From an uncultured Gammaproteobacteria bacterium (lineage in GTDB: Bacteria; Patescibacteriota; Patescibacteriia; Patescibacteriales; UBA12465), in the NCBI GenBank assembly GCA_964470695.1, contig CAYYDR010000001.1:593997-657996 (forward strand): a stretch of 64,000 nt of DNA, given 5' to 3'. Numbering within the stretch: position 1 is the first letter of the stretch; each line of letters begins with the position of its first letter. Positions 45,805 through 55,128 of this stretch are shown in pieces. A program made the translations under genes and the position numbers. Under the pieces are notes generated by a model. It was not told the DNA's origin and did not search any database. It saw only the letters and a program-made list of their open reading frames with translations.

Positions 45805-47883
45805 TTACTTCCCTTGTTTTTCTTTAATCTGCTCTAAGATATTCTTCGGCACTTCCGCGTAATGAGAAAATTCCATAACGTAGTTAGCGCGACCTTGGCT
45901 CATAGAACGTAAACCAGTAGAGTAACCAAACATTTCCGCCAAAGGCACTTTAGCCTTAACGACCTTAACATTAGAACGATCGGACATTTCTTCAATCTGA
46001 CCACGCTTACTGCTTAAATCACCGATAATATTACCCATGTATTCTTCCGGGGTGGTAACTTCCACTTTCATGATTGGTTCAAGTAAAATAGCGCCGGCCT
46101 TCGCACAAGCATCACGGAAAGCGAAGATGGCCGCCATTTTAAAGGCAATTTCCGAAGAGTCAACTTCATGATAAGAACCATAGAAAACAGCGGTTCTAAC
46201 ATCAACCATCGGATAGCCAGCCACGCCGCCAGATAAAAATGCTTCCTTAACACCCTTTTCAATAGCCGGAATAAATTCTCTAGGAATAACGCCGCCCTTA
46301 ACTTCATCAACGAATTCAAAGCCTTTACCAGTTTCCAGCGGTTCAACACGTAAGGAACAATGGCCATATTGACCACGACCACCGGACTGCTTAGCATATT
46401 TATGTTCAGCTTCAGCAACTTTAGTAATAGTTTCACGATATGATACCTGAGGATTGCCAACGTTAGCTTCCACGCCGAATTCGCGCTTCATACGATCAAC
46501 AATGATTTCCAAGTGTAATTCACCCATACCAGAAATAAGAACCTGGTTGGTTTCGGTGTCAGTTTCAACGCGGAAAGTCGGATCTTCTTCCGCCAAGCGC
46601 TGTAAAGCCACGCCCATTTTTTCCTGGTCGGCTTTAGTCTTAGGTTCAACCGCAATTTTAATAACTGGTTCTGGGAAGACAATAGATTCTAATAAGACCT
46701 GGTTATTTTCGTCGCATAGAGTATTGCCAGTAGTAGTATTTTTCAAACCAATAATAGCCGCGATATCACCGGCATAAACCTCTTTCGCTTCTTCACGATG
46801 ATTAGCGTGCATGCGGACTAAACGACCGACTCTTTCCTTGCTATCCTTAGAAGAGTTAACAATATAAGAACCGGCGGTTAAAACCCCCTGATAAACACGA
46901 ACGAAACAAAGCTTACCAACGAAAGGATCAGTAGCAATTTTGAAAGCTAAACCGACAAAAGGTTTGCCATCATCAGCAGTGATAATAATTTTTTTCTCAG
47001 TATCGCGAACATCGGTTGCTTCAATTGCGGCGACATCAAGCGGGGATGGTAAATAATCATTAACGGCATCTAAAGCTAATTGAACGCCGATATTCTGTAA
47101 AGCCGTGCCGCAAAGAACCGGATAAATCGCGTTAGCAATAACGCCCTTGCGGATAGCAGCCTTTAATTCTTCTAAAGAAATTTCTTGGCCAGCCAAATAT
47201 TTTTCCATGGTCTTTTCATCGCACTCAACCGCCTTTTCAATTAATTCGTTATGGAATTCATCAACTTTCGCCTTCATATCTTCCGGAATAGCGACTTCTT
47301 CAATATTAACGCCAAAATGACCAGAGAATTGATAGGCTTTCTTGGTTAAAATATCAATAACGCCAGATAAATTGCTTTCGGCGCCGATTGGTAATTGAAT
47401 AGCAACCGCTTTCTGGTTAAGACGAGTTCTAATAGAATTAAGACTCATGTAAAAATCAGCGCCCATCTTATCCATTTTATTTACAAAGCAAAGACGAGGA
47501 ACCTGATATTTATCAGCCTGGCGCCAAACAGTCTCAGATTGCGGCTCAACGCCGGCCTGACCGTCAAAAACCGCAATAGCACCGTCTAAAACGCGCAAAG
47601 AGCGTTCTACTTCAACCGTGAAGTCAACGTGCCCAGGGGTGTCAATAATATTGATTTTATTGTGTTTCCAAAAACAAGTAGTAGCGGCGGAAGTAATAGT
47701 AATACCTCTTTCCTTTTCCTGTTCCATCCAATCCATTTCCGCGGCGCCCTCATGAACTTCGCCAATTTTATGTTTTTTACCAGTATAAAACAAAACGCGC
47801 TCGGTAAAAGTTGTTTTGCCGGCGTCGATATGGGCCATGATACCGATGTTTCTAATGTTTTCTAAGGCGTAGTCTCGGGGCAT
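45805..47883 (-). CDS. fusA: Elongation factor G
   Basis: 692 aa. [21 protein letters not shown]. Domains II-V are recognisable. Confidence 0.97.
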   Translation of the reverse strand: MPRDYALENIRNIGIMAHIDAGKTTFTERVLFYTGKKHKIGEVHEGAAEMDWMEQEKERGITITSAATTCFWKHNKINIIDTPGHVDFTVEVERSLRVLDGAIAVFDGQAGVEPQSETVWRQADKYQVPRLCFVNKMDKMGADFYMSLNSIRTRLNQKAVAIQLPIGAESNLSGVIDILTKKAYQFSGHFGVNIEEVAIPEDMKAKVDEFHNELIEKAVECDEKTMEKYLAGQEISLEELKAAIRKGVIANAIYPVLCGTALQNIGVQLALDAVNDYLPSPLDVAAIEATDVRDTEKKIIITADDGKPFVGLAFKIATDPFVGKLCFVRVYQGVLTAGSYIVNSSKDSKERVGRLVRMHANHREEAKEVYAGDIAAIIGLKNTTTGNTLCDENNQVLLESIVFPEPVIKIAVEPKTKADQEKMGVALQRLAEEDPTFRVETDTETNQVLISGMGELHLEIIVDRMKREFGVEANVGNPQVSYRETITKVAEAEHKYAKQSGGRGQYGHCSLRVEPLETGKGFEFVDEVKGGVIPREFIPAIEKGVKEAFLSGGVAGYPMVDVRTAVFYGSYHEVDSSEIAFKMAAIFAFRDACAKAGAILLEPIMKVEVTTPEEYMGNIIGDLSSKRGQIEEMSDRSNVKVVKAKVPLAEMFGYSTGLRSMSQGRANYVMEFSHYAEVPKNILEQIKEKQGK

Positions 47884-47924
47884 AATAAAAAATTATAATA
47901 AATTTATTTTAAAGTTATATTTAG

Positions 47925-48044
47925 GATAAATTCATTTTTGAGAGGAGTTCAAGGAAGGAATGAAGCGCGGAGTGAGCCGTATTAACATACGGCGAACGAG
48001 CACTGGAATTTCTGACGAAGAAATCCTCCAAAAATGGATTTATC
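47925..48044 (-). promoter_or_regulatory. About 120-nt structured element spanning the rpsG stop and the rpsG-fusA spacer
   Basis: GATAAATTCATTTTTGAGAGGA (47925-47946) pairs with TCCTCCAAAAATGGATTTATC (48024-48044): about 20 bp with one bulge and one G.U. Internal hairpins GCCGTA/TACGGC (47976-47993) and GGAATTTCT/AGAAATCC (48005-48026). Contains GGAGTGAG (47969-47976) and ACGGCGAA (47989-47996). Confidence 0.5.
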
Positions 48045-48507
48045 TTGAGAAGTGAGCGAAAGCTTTGTTCGCTTCAGCCATCTTATGAACCGCCTCTCTC
48101 TTCTTAACGGCCGTACCTTCGCCATTAGAAGCGTCTAAAATCTCAGTGGCCAATTTTTCCGCGGTAGAACGTCCTTTTCTATCATTAGCAGCACCAATAA
48201 TCCAGTTACAAGCTAAGAAATAGCGTCTTTCACCACGAACCTGGAAAGGGACCTGATAGTTCGCACCACCAACACGCTTGCCTCTTACTTCAACTAAAGG
48301 AGAAACTTTCTTAATCGCTTTATTGAAAATGTGGCGAGGATCTTGCTTAGTCTTCTCTTTTAATATTTCAAAAGAGCCGTAAACAATCTTTTCGGCCGCA
48401 CTTTTCTTACCACGTTCCATAACGTAGTTTATAAATTTGGCGATATTCTTATCGTTATATTTAGCGTCGCCTTCTATTGATCTTTTAGGAGCTGGTTTAC
48501 CTCTCAT
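48040..48507 (-). CDS. rpsG: 30S ribosomal protein S7 (uS7)
   Basis: 155 aa. KFINYVMERGKKS, VEVRGKRVGGANYQVP. Confidence 0.95.
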   Translation of the reverse strand: MRGKPAPKRSIEGDAKYNDKNIAKFINYVMERGKKSAAEKIVYGSFEILKEKTKQDPRHIFNKAIKKVSPLVEVRGKRVGGANYQVPFQVRGERRYFLACNWIIGAANDRKGRSTAEKLATEILDASNGEGTAVKKREAVHKMAEANKAFAHFSR

Positions 48508-48523
48508 AGTATTTAAGAATTAA

Positions 48524-48946
48524 TTATTTGGCTTTAGGCTTTTTAGCGCCATAACAACTGCGGCCCTGACGACGAGCCTCAACGCCAGAAGCGTCAAAAA
48601 CGCCCCGGACAACCTTATAGCGGACACCTGGCAAATCTTTAGTCTTACCACCTTTAACTAAAACGATAGAGTGTTCTTGTAAATTATGACCCATGCCAGG
48701 AATATAGGCAGTTACTTCCATGCCATTAGATAAGCGGACGCGAGCAATTTTACGTAAAGCGGAGTTCGGTTTTTTCGGAGTAGTTGTAGTTACCTTTAAA
48801 CAAACCCCCTGTTTAAAAGGAGCTCCTTTAGCGGTATCTTTTTTCTTCCGATGGAGAGAGTCAAGGCTAGTATGAAGAGCTAGCGCATTGCGTCTCTTAC
48901 CAAGAGATTTTCGTCCGTTCTTGATTAATTGGTTTATTGTTGGCAT
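48524..48946 (-). CDS. rpsL: 30S ribosomal protein S12 (uS12)
   Basis: 140 aa. [30 protein letters not shown]. Confidence 0.95.
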   Translation of the reverse strand: MPTINQLIKNGRKSLGKRRNALALHTSLDSLHRKKKDTAKGAPFKQGVCLKVTTTTPKKPNSALRKIARVRLSNGMEVTAYIPGMGHNLQEHSIVLVKGGKTKDLPGVRYKVVRGVFDASGVEARRQGRSCYGAKKPKAK

Positions 48947-49017
48947 AAAAGCTAATGATAAGCAAAAATAATCCTGACTATTCAGGATATTTTTAGGCTA
49001 CGATTTAATACTAATTC

Positions 49018-49046
49018 AATTTAACAAAATATAAAATATAAGTCAA
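49018..49046 (-). promoter_or_regulatory. Sigma-70-type promoter candidate for the rpsL operon
   Basis: Minus strand TTGACT-17 nt-TGtTAAATT. A hairpin ATCCTGA/TCAGGAT (48971-48988) lies in the leader. Confidence 0.4.
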
Positions 49047-49069
49047 GATTAAACTTCTGATAAACCCAG

Positions 49070-49684
49070 TTAAACCCCTACTATAGTCCTAAACAGAAAA
49101 TTAACTAAAGGCATGATTAAATTACCGGCTAACATTACGAACAGAATAATTAAAATAAAGCCCATTCTTTCATTGCCGAGATAGCGTTCACGGGTCTGGG
49201 GAGACAAGAAGGTGGCTAATATTTTAGATCCATCAAGGGGCGGGATGGGCACTAAATTAAAGACCATCAAAACCAAATTAATATAGACTATTATACCCAA
49301 GAGGCCAACGAAAGTAATATTAAAAGCAGGCAAAAACCTTAAACATAAGCCAAAAAATAGCGCTACTACAAAATTAGCCAAAGGTCCGGCTAGAGCAACC
49401 TTAGCGTCACCATATTTTTTATCTCTTAAATTATAGGGATTATAAGGGACTGGCTTGGCCCAACCGAAAACAAAGGGCATATTAGACACTATCATCACTA
49501 AAGGCAAGAAAAAAGACCCAAACCATTCCAGATGAGCTAAGGGGTTAGCGGTCAATCGCCCCGCATCTTTAGCCGTTGAATCGCCTAAGCGGTAAGCCAT
49601 CCAGCCATGCATATATTCATGAATAACAGCCGAAAAAACCAAAACAATAATTTGAAAAACTTGAATCATAATTATATCCGCCAT
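49070..49684 (-). CDS. Site-2 protease family (M50) membrane metalloprotease
   Basis: 204 aa. HEYMHGWMA (HExxH), PIPPLDGSK, multiple TM helices. Confidence 0.8.
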   Translation of the reverse strand: MADIIMIQVFQIIVLVFSAVIHEYMHGWMAYRLGDSTAKDAGRLTANPLAHLEWFGSFFLPLVMIVSNMPFVFGWAKPVPYNPYNLRDKKYGDAKVALAGPLANFVVALFFGLCLRFLPAFNITFVGLLGIIVYINLVLMVFNLVPIPPLDGSKILATFLSPQTRERYLGNERMGFILIILFVMLAGNLIMPLVNFLFRTIVGV

Positions 49685-49721
49685 ATAGGCTTGTATTATT
49701 ATAATTATATTCTACCATAGC

Positions 49722-49750
49722 TTGATTAATTTTGAAAATGCTGTTAAGAT
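49722..49750 (+). promoter_or_regulatory. Sigma-70-type promoter candidate for rpmB
   Basis: TTGATT-17 nt-TGtTAAGAT. Confidence 0.4.
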
Positions 49751-49779
49751 AAGATTGTTTTTAAAATTAAACTATAAAT

Positions 49780-50070
49780 ATGGCGAAAAAATGTGATTTA
49801 TGCGGACGCAGCGCGACTAAGGGAGCCAGCCGTTCTCACTCTAAGATTAAAACCCTAAAAAGACAACATATTAACTTACAGAGCAAGATGATTGACGGTA
49901 TGAAAGTTAAGGTTTGTACTTCTTGTCTGCGCACTATGGATAAACCAAAAAGAGTTAAAGCTAAAAGAAAACCGGCTTTAAAGGCGGGCGAATTAAAAGC
50001 TTTAAAGGTTAAGAAGGCTGGCGCCAAAAGTGCCGCCAAAAAAGCGACTAAGAAAACTTCTAAAAAATAA
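49780..50070 (+). CDS. rpmB: 50S ribosomal protein L28 (bL28) with Lys/Ala-rich C-terminal extension
   Basis: 96 aa. MAKKCDLCGRSATKGASRSHS..KRQHINLQ, then KAKRKPALKAG...KKATKKTSKK. Confidence 0.85.
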   Translation: MAKKCDLCGRSATKGASRSHSKIKTLKRQHINLQSKMIDGMKVKVCTSCLRTMDKPKRVKAKRKPALKAGELKALKVKKAGAKSAAKKATKKTSKK

Positions 50071-50075
50071 ATTTC

Positions 50076-51476
50076 TCACCATTTAAACCGTCTCCTTAGT
50101 AGGAGACGGTTTTTTGTTATATAAATAATAATGACTAAAACCAAATAATATCCCCCGCCCCAATACCAATTAAAACCCTTAATATTTATAGCCGACCAAC
50201 TGGGCGCCGCTAATAGATTAGAAATAATAAAAATAAATTTTAATATTAAATAAGAAGGCAAAAACCATAAAAATCCTAAAATCGGGATTAAGGCTGATAA
50301 AAATACAGCGATGATAAGCGATGATAATAAGGGCGGAAAGGTCCAAAGCACTAAAATATTAGCCAGCGGGGCAATTAATGATAACTGCTTAAAGTTAATT
50401 AAGGCGATTGGCAATATTACAATCTGCGCAACTAAAGTTAAATTAAGAGTATCTAATATTGTTTTCCCAATATTTTTAGAGCGATGTTTCAATTTTAATT
50501 TATCTAAAAATTTAACCGTTAGGCTCTCACCTAAAGGATAAATATAAATTATCCCTAAAATAGCCAGGAATGACAATTGGAAACCAATATCATCGCGTAG
50601 TAGGCGGGGGTTAAAAAATAGCATGAGGGCCGCGCTAAAAATTAAAGCCTTGACCAGAGAGCTAGTTCTCTCATAATAAACAGCTAGAAAAGCCAGGGCG
50701 CCCATTAAAGACGAACGGACGGCAGAAGCGGAAAGACCAGTAATTAAGGGATATAAAAATAAAAATATAAAAATTAATTTCAGGGCGCGCCGGCGGCTAA
50801 AACCCACGCTCAATAGAAAATTAATAACCATGGCGCTTAAAATTGTAATATGCGAACCAGAAATTGCGATCATATGACTCAGGCCAACGCGAGAAAAAAT
50901 AGCCAAGTCCTCCCTTTCTACCGTCCGGCGATAACCCAATAATATAGCATCAGCCAAACCGGCGACTGGCTCAGGCAAATTAGAATCAATAATCAGTTTA
51001 AGGGTTTGTTTAAATTCTATTAGTTTTTTATAAGCCAATTGCGAATAATTTAGCGACCCAGTTTCTAAACTTATTTTTGGCCTATACATAACAGAATATA
51101 TATCATAACGAGCCAAGTAAGCTTCATAATCAAATTCGTCTATCTCAGGAGGTGCCTGTAACTGGCCACTAATTTTTAAATAATCGCCATAATCATAGGC
51201 TGGGTATAGATTAGTCGTAACTAAAACTTGTCCCTTAATTTGGCCTTTAACGCAAATAGTCAGGCGGCGGCTTTTAATATCAACATCCGCCTCTTCGCAA
51301 ACTTGGCCGATGAAGCTTAAATTTCGGCCGTTGTAATAAGCCAAGTCACCCCCTGAAATCTCCGGACGAAAAGCTTTAGACCGGAACCCTAAAATAAAAA
51401 TTCCGCCTATGAAAAACAGGTTAAATGCCAGAAATATTCTGGCTGGGGGCCAGGAAAGTGGAGAAAATAAAGACAT
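50076..51476 (-). CDS. comEC: ComEC/Rec2-family DNA internalisation channel protein (no beta-lactamase-like domain)
   Basis: 466 aa, polytopic. HMIAISGSHITIL competence-domain motif. TGA stop. Confidence 0.8.
   Translation of the reverse strand: MSLFSPLSWPPARIFLAFNLFFIGGIFILGFRSKAFRPEISGGDLAYYNGRNLSFIGQVCEEADVDIKSRRLTICVKGQIKGQVLVTTNLYPAYDYGDYLKISGQLQAPPEIDEFDYEAYLARYDIYSVMYRPKISLETGSLNYSQLAYKKLIEFKQTLKLIIDSNLPEPVAGLADAILLGYRRTVEREDLAIFSRVGLSHMIAISGSHITILSAMVINFLLSVGFSRRRALKLIFIFLFLYPLITGLSASAVRSSLMGALAFLAVYYERTSSLVKALIFSAALMLFFNPRLLRDDIGFQLSFLAILGIIYIYPLGESLTVKFLDKLKLKHRSKNIGKTILDTLNLTLVAQIVILPIALINFKQLSLIAPLANILVLWTFPPLLSSLIIAVFLSALIPILGFLWFLPSYLILKFIFIISNLLAAPSWSAINIKGFNWYWGGGYYLVLVIIIYITKNRLLLRRRFKW
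50086..50116 (+). terminator. Intrinsic terminator of rpmB, embedded in the 3' end of convergent comEC
   Basis: AACCGTCTCCttagtaGGAGACGGTTttttt. Confidence 0.75.
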
Positions 51477-51567
51477 AAAAAATACGGCTAATTCAATAGT
51501 CGTATTTTACAATATAATAGATTAAGAAAAGATAAAAAAATAAAATAGGAAATGCAGATTGAAATAT

Positions 51568-51596
51568 TTGACAAAAATAACATTTTGTCCTAATGT
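51568..51596 (+). promoter_or_regulatory. Sigma-70-type promoter candidate for ORF 51793
   Basis: TTGACA (51568-51573)-17 nt-TAATGT (51591-51596). Confidence 0.4.
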
Positions 51597-51792
51597 TATT
51601 TATTAACTAGTCCTTTAATAATTCTTGTCTCCACTAAAATACAGCTCGCAGTAAACGAGTCTTGGCTTTATTTTCGTGGAGATAAATAATCCACGGCAGT
51701 CTTCCCTTTGGCCACGCGGCCGGGACTAGTACCATTATGGTAGACTGAAAACCCCTGTGCCTCCTGACCGAGGCTGAAAAAAAGGAGTTTAT
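51597..51792 (+). ncRNA. Structured about 195-nt leader / candidate cis-regulatory RNA upstream of ORF 51793
   Basis: Hairpin TCTCCACTAAAATA/TATTTTCGTGGAGA (51628-51682, 13 of 14 pairs). Three-way junction: CAGTCT/AGACTG enclosing TCCC-GGCCacgcGGCC-GGGA and TACCattaTGGTA. Long-range ACTAGTCC (51606-51613) / GGACTAGT (51723-51730). GCCTCctgaccGAGGC just before AAGGAG. More GC-rich than its surroundings. Confidence 0.4.
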
Positions 51793-52539
51793 ATGATGTT
51801 ATTCAAAAAAAAGTCAAAACGATTATGGCTACTGGCAGTGGTGACATTCTTCACCCTCTACGTAATCATAATGCTGCTTGTAACAGCTGGGGAATACAAT
51901 GATTCCTTAGCTATAACAAGGAACGAATCACTATTGAAAATGGAGGTCGCATTATTTAGCATAGCCTCTTTAATCGGCCTGATAATCTCGCTCATTATTA
52001 TCTTCTCCAAGTCTGAAGAAGAAATAAATGAATATGAAACTAATTATGGCAAGGACATAATTAAAGAGCTGATAAAAACAATTAATAAAATTGATGGCGT
52101 GCTCGACGATCTGCATGTTTTTGGGGATTACTCCCCAAAAAGCATCAAATATTTCCGAGATAACTGTCTGGAATTTTTAAATCAACTTCGACGATGCCAC
52201 GGTTACGACATCAAAAGCGATGCCGTCAAAGTTATCTTAGCTGGAATCGGAAACACTCTAATAGTGGTATACAACATGCTTGACGGATATTGGGAAAAAC
52301 GCCGGGAAATCATAAAATCCAAGCCAACCGGCTGGGAAATGACGGTTGCCATAACAGATGAAAGTATTGATATGTTCATCGAAATGAAAGGATTCTTGCA
52401 TAAGTCATATGAAGATGTAGAAAAAATAGCTCTACGCCATAAAGTAAGTATAACAAGAAGCGATGACGCTACTGAATTGAAATATCTAGTGTATACTAAC
52501 CCCGATACTCTAAAACTTCTCAAAAAAAAGAAAAAATAA
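51793..52539 (+). CDS. Hypothetical membrane-anchored protein
   Basis: 248 aa with a strong AAGGAG Shine-Dalgarno. Two N-terminal TM helices, then a helical soluble domain. No family recognised. Confidence 0.6.
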   Translation: MMLFKKKSKRLWLLAVVTFFTLYVIIMLLVTAGEYNDSLAITRNESLLKMEVALFSIASLIGLIISLIIIFSKSEEEINEYETNYGKDIIKELIKTINKIDGVLDDLHVFGDYSPKSIKYFRDNCLEFLNQLRRCHGYDIKSDAVKVILAGIGNTLIVVYNMLDGYWEKRREIIKSKPTGWEMTVAITDESIDMFIEMKGFLHKSYEDVEKIALRHKVSITRSDDATELKYLVYTNPDTLKLLKKKKK

Positions 52540-52563
52540 AAGCGAACAAAGTCTCCCAAAAAC

Positions 52564-52594
52564 AAAAAACCCTCCAAAAATTGGAGGGTTTTTC
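52564..52594. terminator. Bidirectional intrinsic terminator
   Basis: aaaaaaCCCTCCAaaaatTGGAGGGttttt, between convergent genes. Confidence 0.8.
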
Positions 52595-52616
52595 ATTTTA
52601 AAAAATAATCTTAAAA

Positions 52617-53090
52617 CTACAAACCCCATTCTCCGTCACAATATTTGTCGCGCTTCAATATTATTTCTATTTCTTCTCTCACTAAAATAACATCATTTTC
52701 ATTCAATGGCTCAAAACCATCATAAAACCCGGTCTTACGATCAGGCAAATGCATACTTTCCGGCCAAGGCTGCTTAACCGCATTAGTAGCACGGCCAAAA
52801 ATATGAACATGTAGTAGAGGCTTGGTATTCGTTTTCCAAGCCCAATTGCCCATGTCTTGATAGTTTATTTTAATAACTGGAATGCCCTGCTTATTCATGG
52901 CTTTTTCTAAGGCTTCGCCCACAACCATAGTCAAGCGCATCAGTTCAATAGCCAGTTTAGGGGGCAACTGCGTCCGATCAGAAAATGATTTATCTTTTGA
53001 TAATATCCGGATATGGCCGCCGTCCGTCCGCGGTAAAAATGGCTGCTCACGCGACTCAACAATAAAATTTTTACTTTCGTAAATTAACAT
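52617..53090 (-). CDS. HIT-like (histidine triad superfamily) protein, degenerate triad
   Basis: 157 aa. LLHVHIFGR resembles the H-x-H-x-H-x-x motif but the third His is Phe. The N-terminal strand pattern also fits HIT. Unverified. Confidence 0.5.
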   Translation of the reverse strand: MLIYESKNFIVESREQPFLPRTDGGHIRILSKDKSFSDRTQLPPKLAIELMRLTMVVGEALEKAMNKQGIPVIKINYQDMGNWAWKTNTKPLLHVHIFGRATNAVKQPWPESMHLPDRKTGFYDGFEPLNENDVILVREEIEIILKRDKYCDGEWGL

Positions 53091-53094
53091 ATAA

Positions 53095-54198
53095 TTATCT
53101 CTTCAAAAACCTTAAATAAGCTTCCATGAATGGCTCTAAGTCGCCATCTAAAACGCTATCAACATTAGAAGTCTCATAACTAGTCCGGTGGTCTTTAACT
53201 AAACGATTGCCATAAAGAAAATAGGAACGAATTTGGCGGCCCCATTCAGCCTTAGTCAACTCTCCTTTCAATTTTCTTTCTTCCGCTTCTTTCTCGGCCA
53301 AAGATAATTGATATAATTTAGTTTTCAATATTTTAAAAGCATTTTCCTTATTCTGATGCTGGGAGCGTTCGCTCTGGCAAGCCACGGTTATTCCGGTCGG
53401 AATATGGACAACGCGAACCGCCGAGTCAGTCGTGTTAACGCTCTGGCCGCCCGGACCGCTAGAACGATAAACATCTATTCTAATATCTTCGTCTTTAATA
53501 ACTATCGCTGAGTCATCTTTAATCTCCGGAATAACTTCTACTAAAGCGAACGAAGTCTGGCGCAAACCATCGGCATTAAAAGGCGAGTTACGCAGTAAAC
53601 GATGAACGCCATTCTCGCTCTTTAAATAACCATAGGCCCAGGGACCGCTAACGCGCAAAACAGCGCTCTTTAGGCCCGCTTCATTGCCATAGTTACGATC
53701 TAAACTTTCTACTCGCCAGCCCTCTCTCTCGCCAAAACGGAAATACATTCGCTCCAGCATTTGAGCCCAATCCTGGGCATCAACCCCGCCTGTCCCAGAA
53801 TGAATAGATAAAATGGCATTATCATGGTCATAAGATCCGGAGAATAATGATAAAAATTCCAAATGAGAAAATTTCTTACTCAGCTCTTCATATTTTTTTT
53901 CCAAATCACTAGTCAAATCGTCCCCCTGCTCCTTCTGAGCTAAGGCGGTAATTTCCTCAACCTCCCTTATCTCTTTCTCCATCGCTTCCCATTCTCCAGT
54001 CTCGGAGGCTAATTCTTCCACCTTCTGGCCGATTTTAACCGCCGCGGCTCTATCCGACCAAAAATCCGGCTCAGCCATGCGCAAACGAAGCTCTTTCTCT
54101 TCTACAATTTTCCGCTCAATATTTAAAAGAGCTTTAGTCTTTAGAAAGCGCTCGCGTAAATCTTCTAAATTTTTTAATAATGTTTCCATATTGCTCAT
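53095..54198 (-). CDS. prfB: Peptide chain release factor 2, encoded without programmed frameshift
   Basis: 367 aa single ORF. SPF (NSPFNA) and GGQ (SGPGGQSVN) motifs. Confidence 0.93.
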   Translation of the reverse strand: MSNMETLLKNLEDLRERFLKTKALLNIERKIVEEKELRLRMAEPDFWSDRAAAVKIGQKVEELASETGEWEAMEKEIREVEEITALAQKEQGDDLTSDLEKKYEELSKKFSHLEFLSLFSGSYDHDNAILSIHSGTGGVDAQDWAQMLERMYFRFGEREGWRVESLDRNYGNEAGLKSAVLRVSGPWAYGYLKSENGVHRLLRNSPFNADGLRQTSFALVEVIPEIKDDSAIVIKDEDIRIDVYRSSGPGGQSVNTTDSAVRVVHIPTGITVACQSERSQHQNKENAFKILKTKLYQLSLAEKEAEERKLKGELTKAEWGRQIRSYFLYGNRLVKDHRTSYETSNVDSVLDGDLEPFMEAYLRFLKR

Positions 54199-54203
54199 TA
54201 TAA

Positions 54204-54236
54204 CAAAAAAACGCCCTGTTGGGCAGGGCGTTTTTG
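54204..54236 (-). terminator. Strong intrinsic terminator after rpsI, ending 5 nt before the prfB start codon
   Basis: Minus strand ACGCCCTGcccaaCAGGGCGTttttttt, then gttataATG. Confidence 0.8.
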
Positions 54237-54256
54237 ATATAGAAATGATATAACGA

Positions 54257-54766
54257 TTAACGTTTGCTCCATTGCGGGGCTTTGCGGGCTTTGCGTAAAC
54301 CCGGCTTCTTTCTTTCCACCTGGCGCGGGTCGCGAGTCAAAAAGTCATTTACCTTCAAAGCTTCCTTAGTAGCTGGATCAAGGGTTAAAATAGCGCGGGC
54401 AATCCCTAAGCGGACAGCACCAACCTGACCTTGTTTACCGCCACCCTGAGCTAAAATAGAGAAATTATAGTCACGGGCATGGCCGGTCGCCTTTAAAGGC
54501 TGGGCGATAATGTTCGCTCCTTCACCAGCAAAATACTGGCTAGCGCGCATGCCATTAACCATGATAATGCCTTTGCCGTCTTCATATAAACGGACCTTCG
54601 CCACCGCATTTTTACGGCGACCGACGGCCTTAATATATTTACCAACGAATTCAGCGGTTTCATTTTTGGCCCAATCCTTTTCTTCTTCCGCCGGTAACTC
54701 AGTTACTAATACTTCGTGCGGATCAATTTCTCTGGCCACCTGAGGTTTTGCTTTTCTTTCTACCAT
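54257..54766 (-). CDS. rpsI: 30S ribosomal protein S9 (uS9) with N-terminal extension
   Basis: 169 aa. GRRKNAVAKVRL, GGGKQGQVGAVRLGIARAL, TRDPRQVERKKPGLRKARK. Confidence 0.95.
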   Translation of the reverse strand: MVERKAKPQVAREIDPHEVLVTELPAEEEKDWAKNETAEFVGKYIKAVGRRKNAVAKVRLYEDGKGIIMVNGMRASQYFAGEGANIIAQPLKATGHARDYNFSILAQGGGKQGQVGAVRLGIARAILTLDPATKEALKVNDFLTRDPRQVERKKPGLRKARKAPQWSKR

Positions 54767-54767
54767 A

Positions 54768-55124
54768 TTATTTAATAATTAATCTTTTGAGCATACCGGT
54801 TCGCAATCTAGTATCCGGCAACATTTCTCTAACCGCACGGACCAAAACTTCACCAGGATTATCAGCATAAACTTTACCCATGGTTTTGGTCTTTAAATGA
54901 CCAAGATAACCAGTAAAATGATGGTACTGTTTCTGGGATAATTTCTTGCCAGTAAACTTAAGCTTAGTAATATTGCTTACTTCAACAATATCGCCTAAAT
55001 CTAAGTGAGGCTGAAATTCCGGTTTAGTCTTACCTCTTAAGAGGTTAGCTACTTTAGTCGCTAAACGACCCAAGGATTCACCGGTCGCATCTAACTTCTG
55101 TAATTTTCTTTCAATATTTTTCAT
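54768..55124 (-). CDS. rplM: 50S ribosomal protein L13 (uL13), short form
   Basis: 118 aa. DATGESLGRLATKVANLLRGK, YHHFTGYLGHLK. Confidence 0.93.
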   Translation of the reverse strand: MKNIERKLQKLDATGESLGRLATKVANLLRGKTKPEFQPHLDLGDIVEVSNITKLKFTGKKLSQKQYHHFTGYLGHLKTKTMGKVYADNPGEVLVRAVREMLPDTRLRTGMLKRLIIK

Positions 55125-55128
55125 ATGG

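Noticed and set aside
51690-51775. Possible hammerhead ribozyme or SRP (4.5S) RNA in the structured leader.
   Set aside because: The three-way junction lacks the CUGAUGA core (only GAAA is present). The GGUCAGG on the reverse strand is not followed by the conserved GGAAGCAGC of SRP domain IV.
53095-54198. Expected +1 frameshift site in prfB, and the possibility of UGA recoding (code 25/4).
   Set aside because: The RF2 ORF is continuous across the region homologous to the E. coli shift site. UGA terminates well-aligned genes (DUF1294 gene at 7860, comEC at 50076). The standard code 11 therefore applies.
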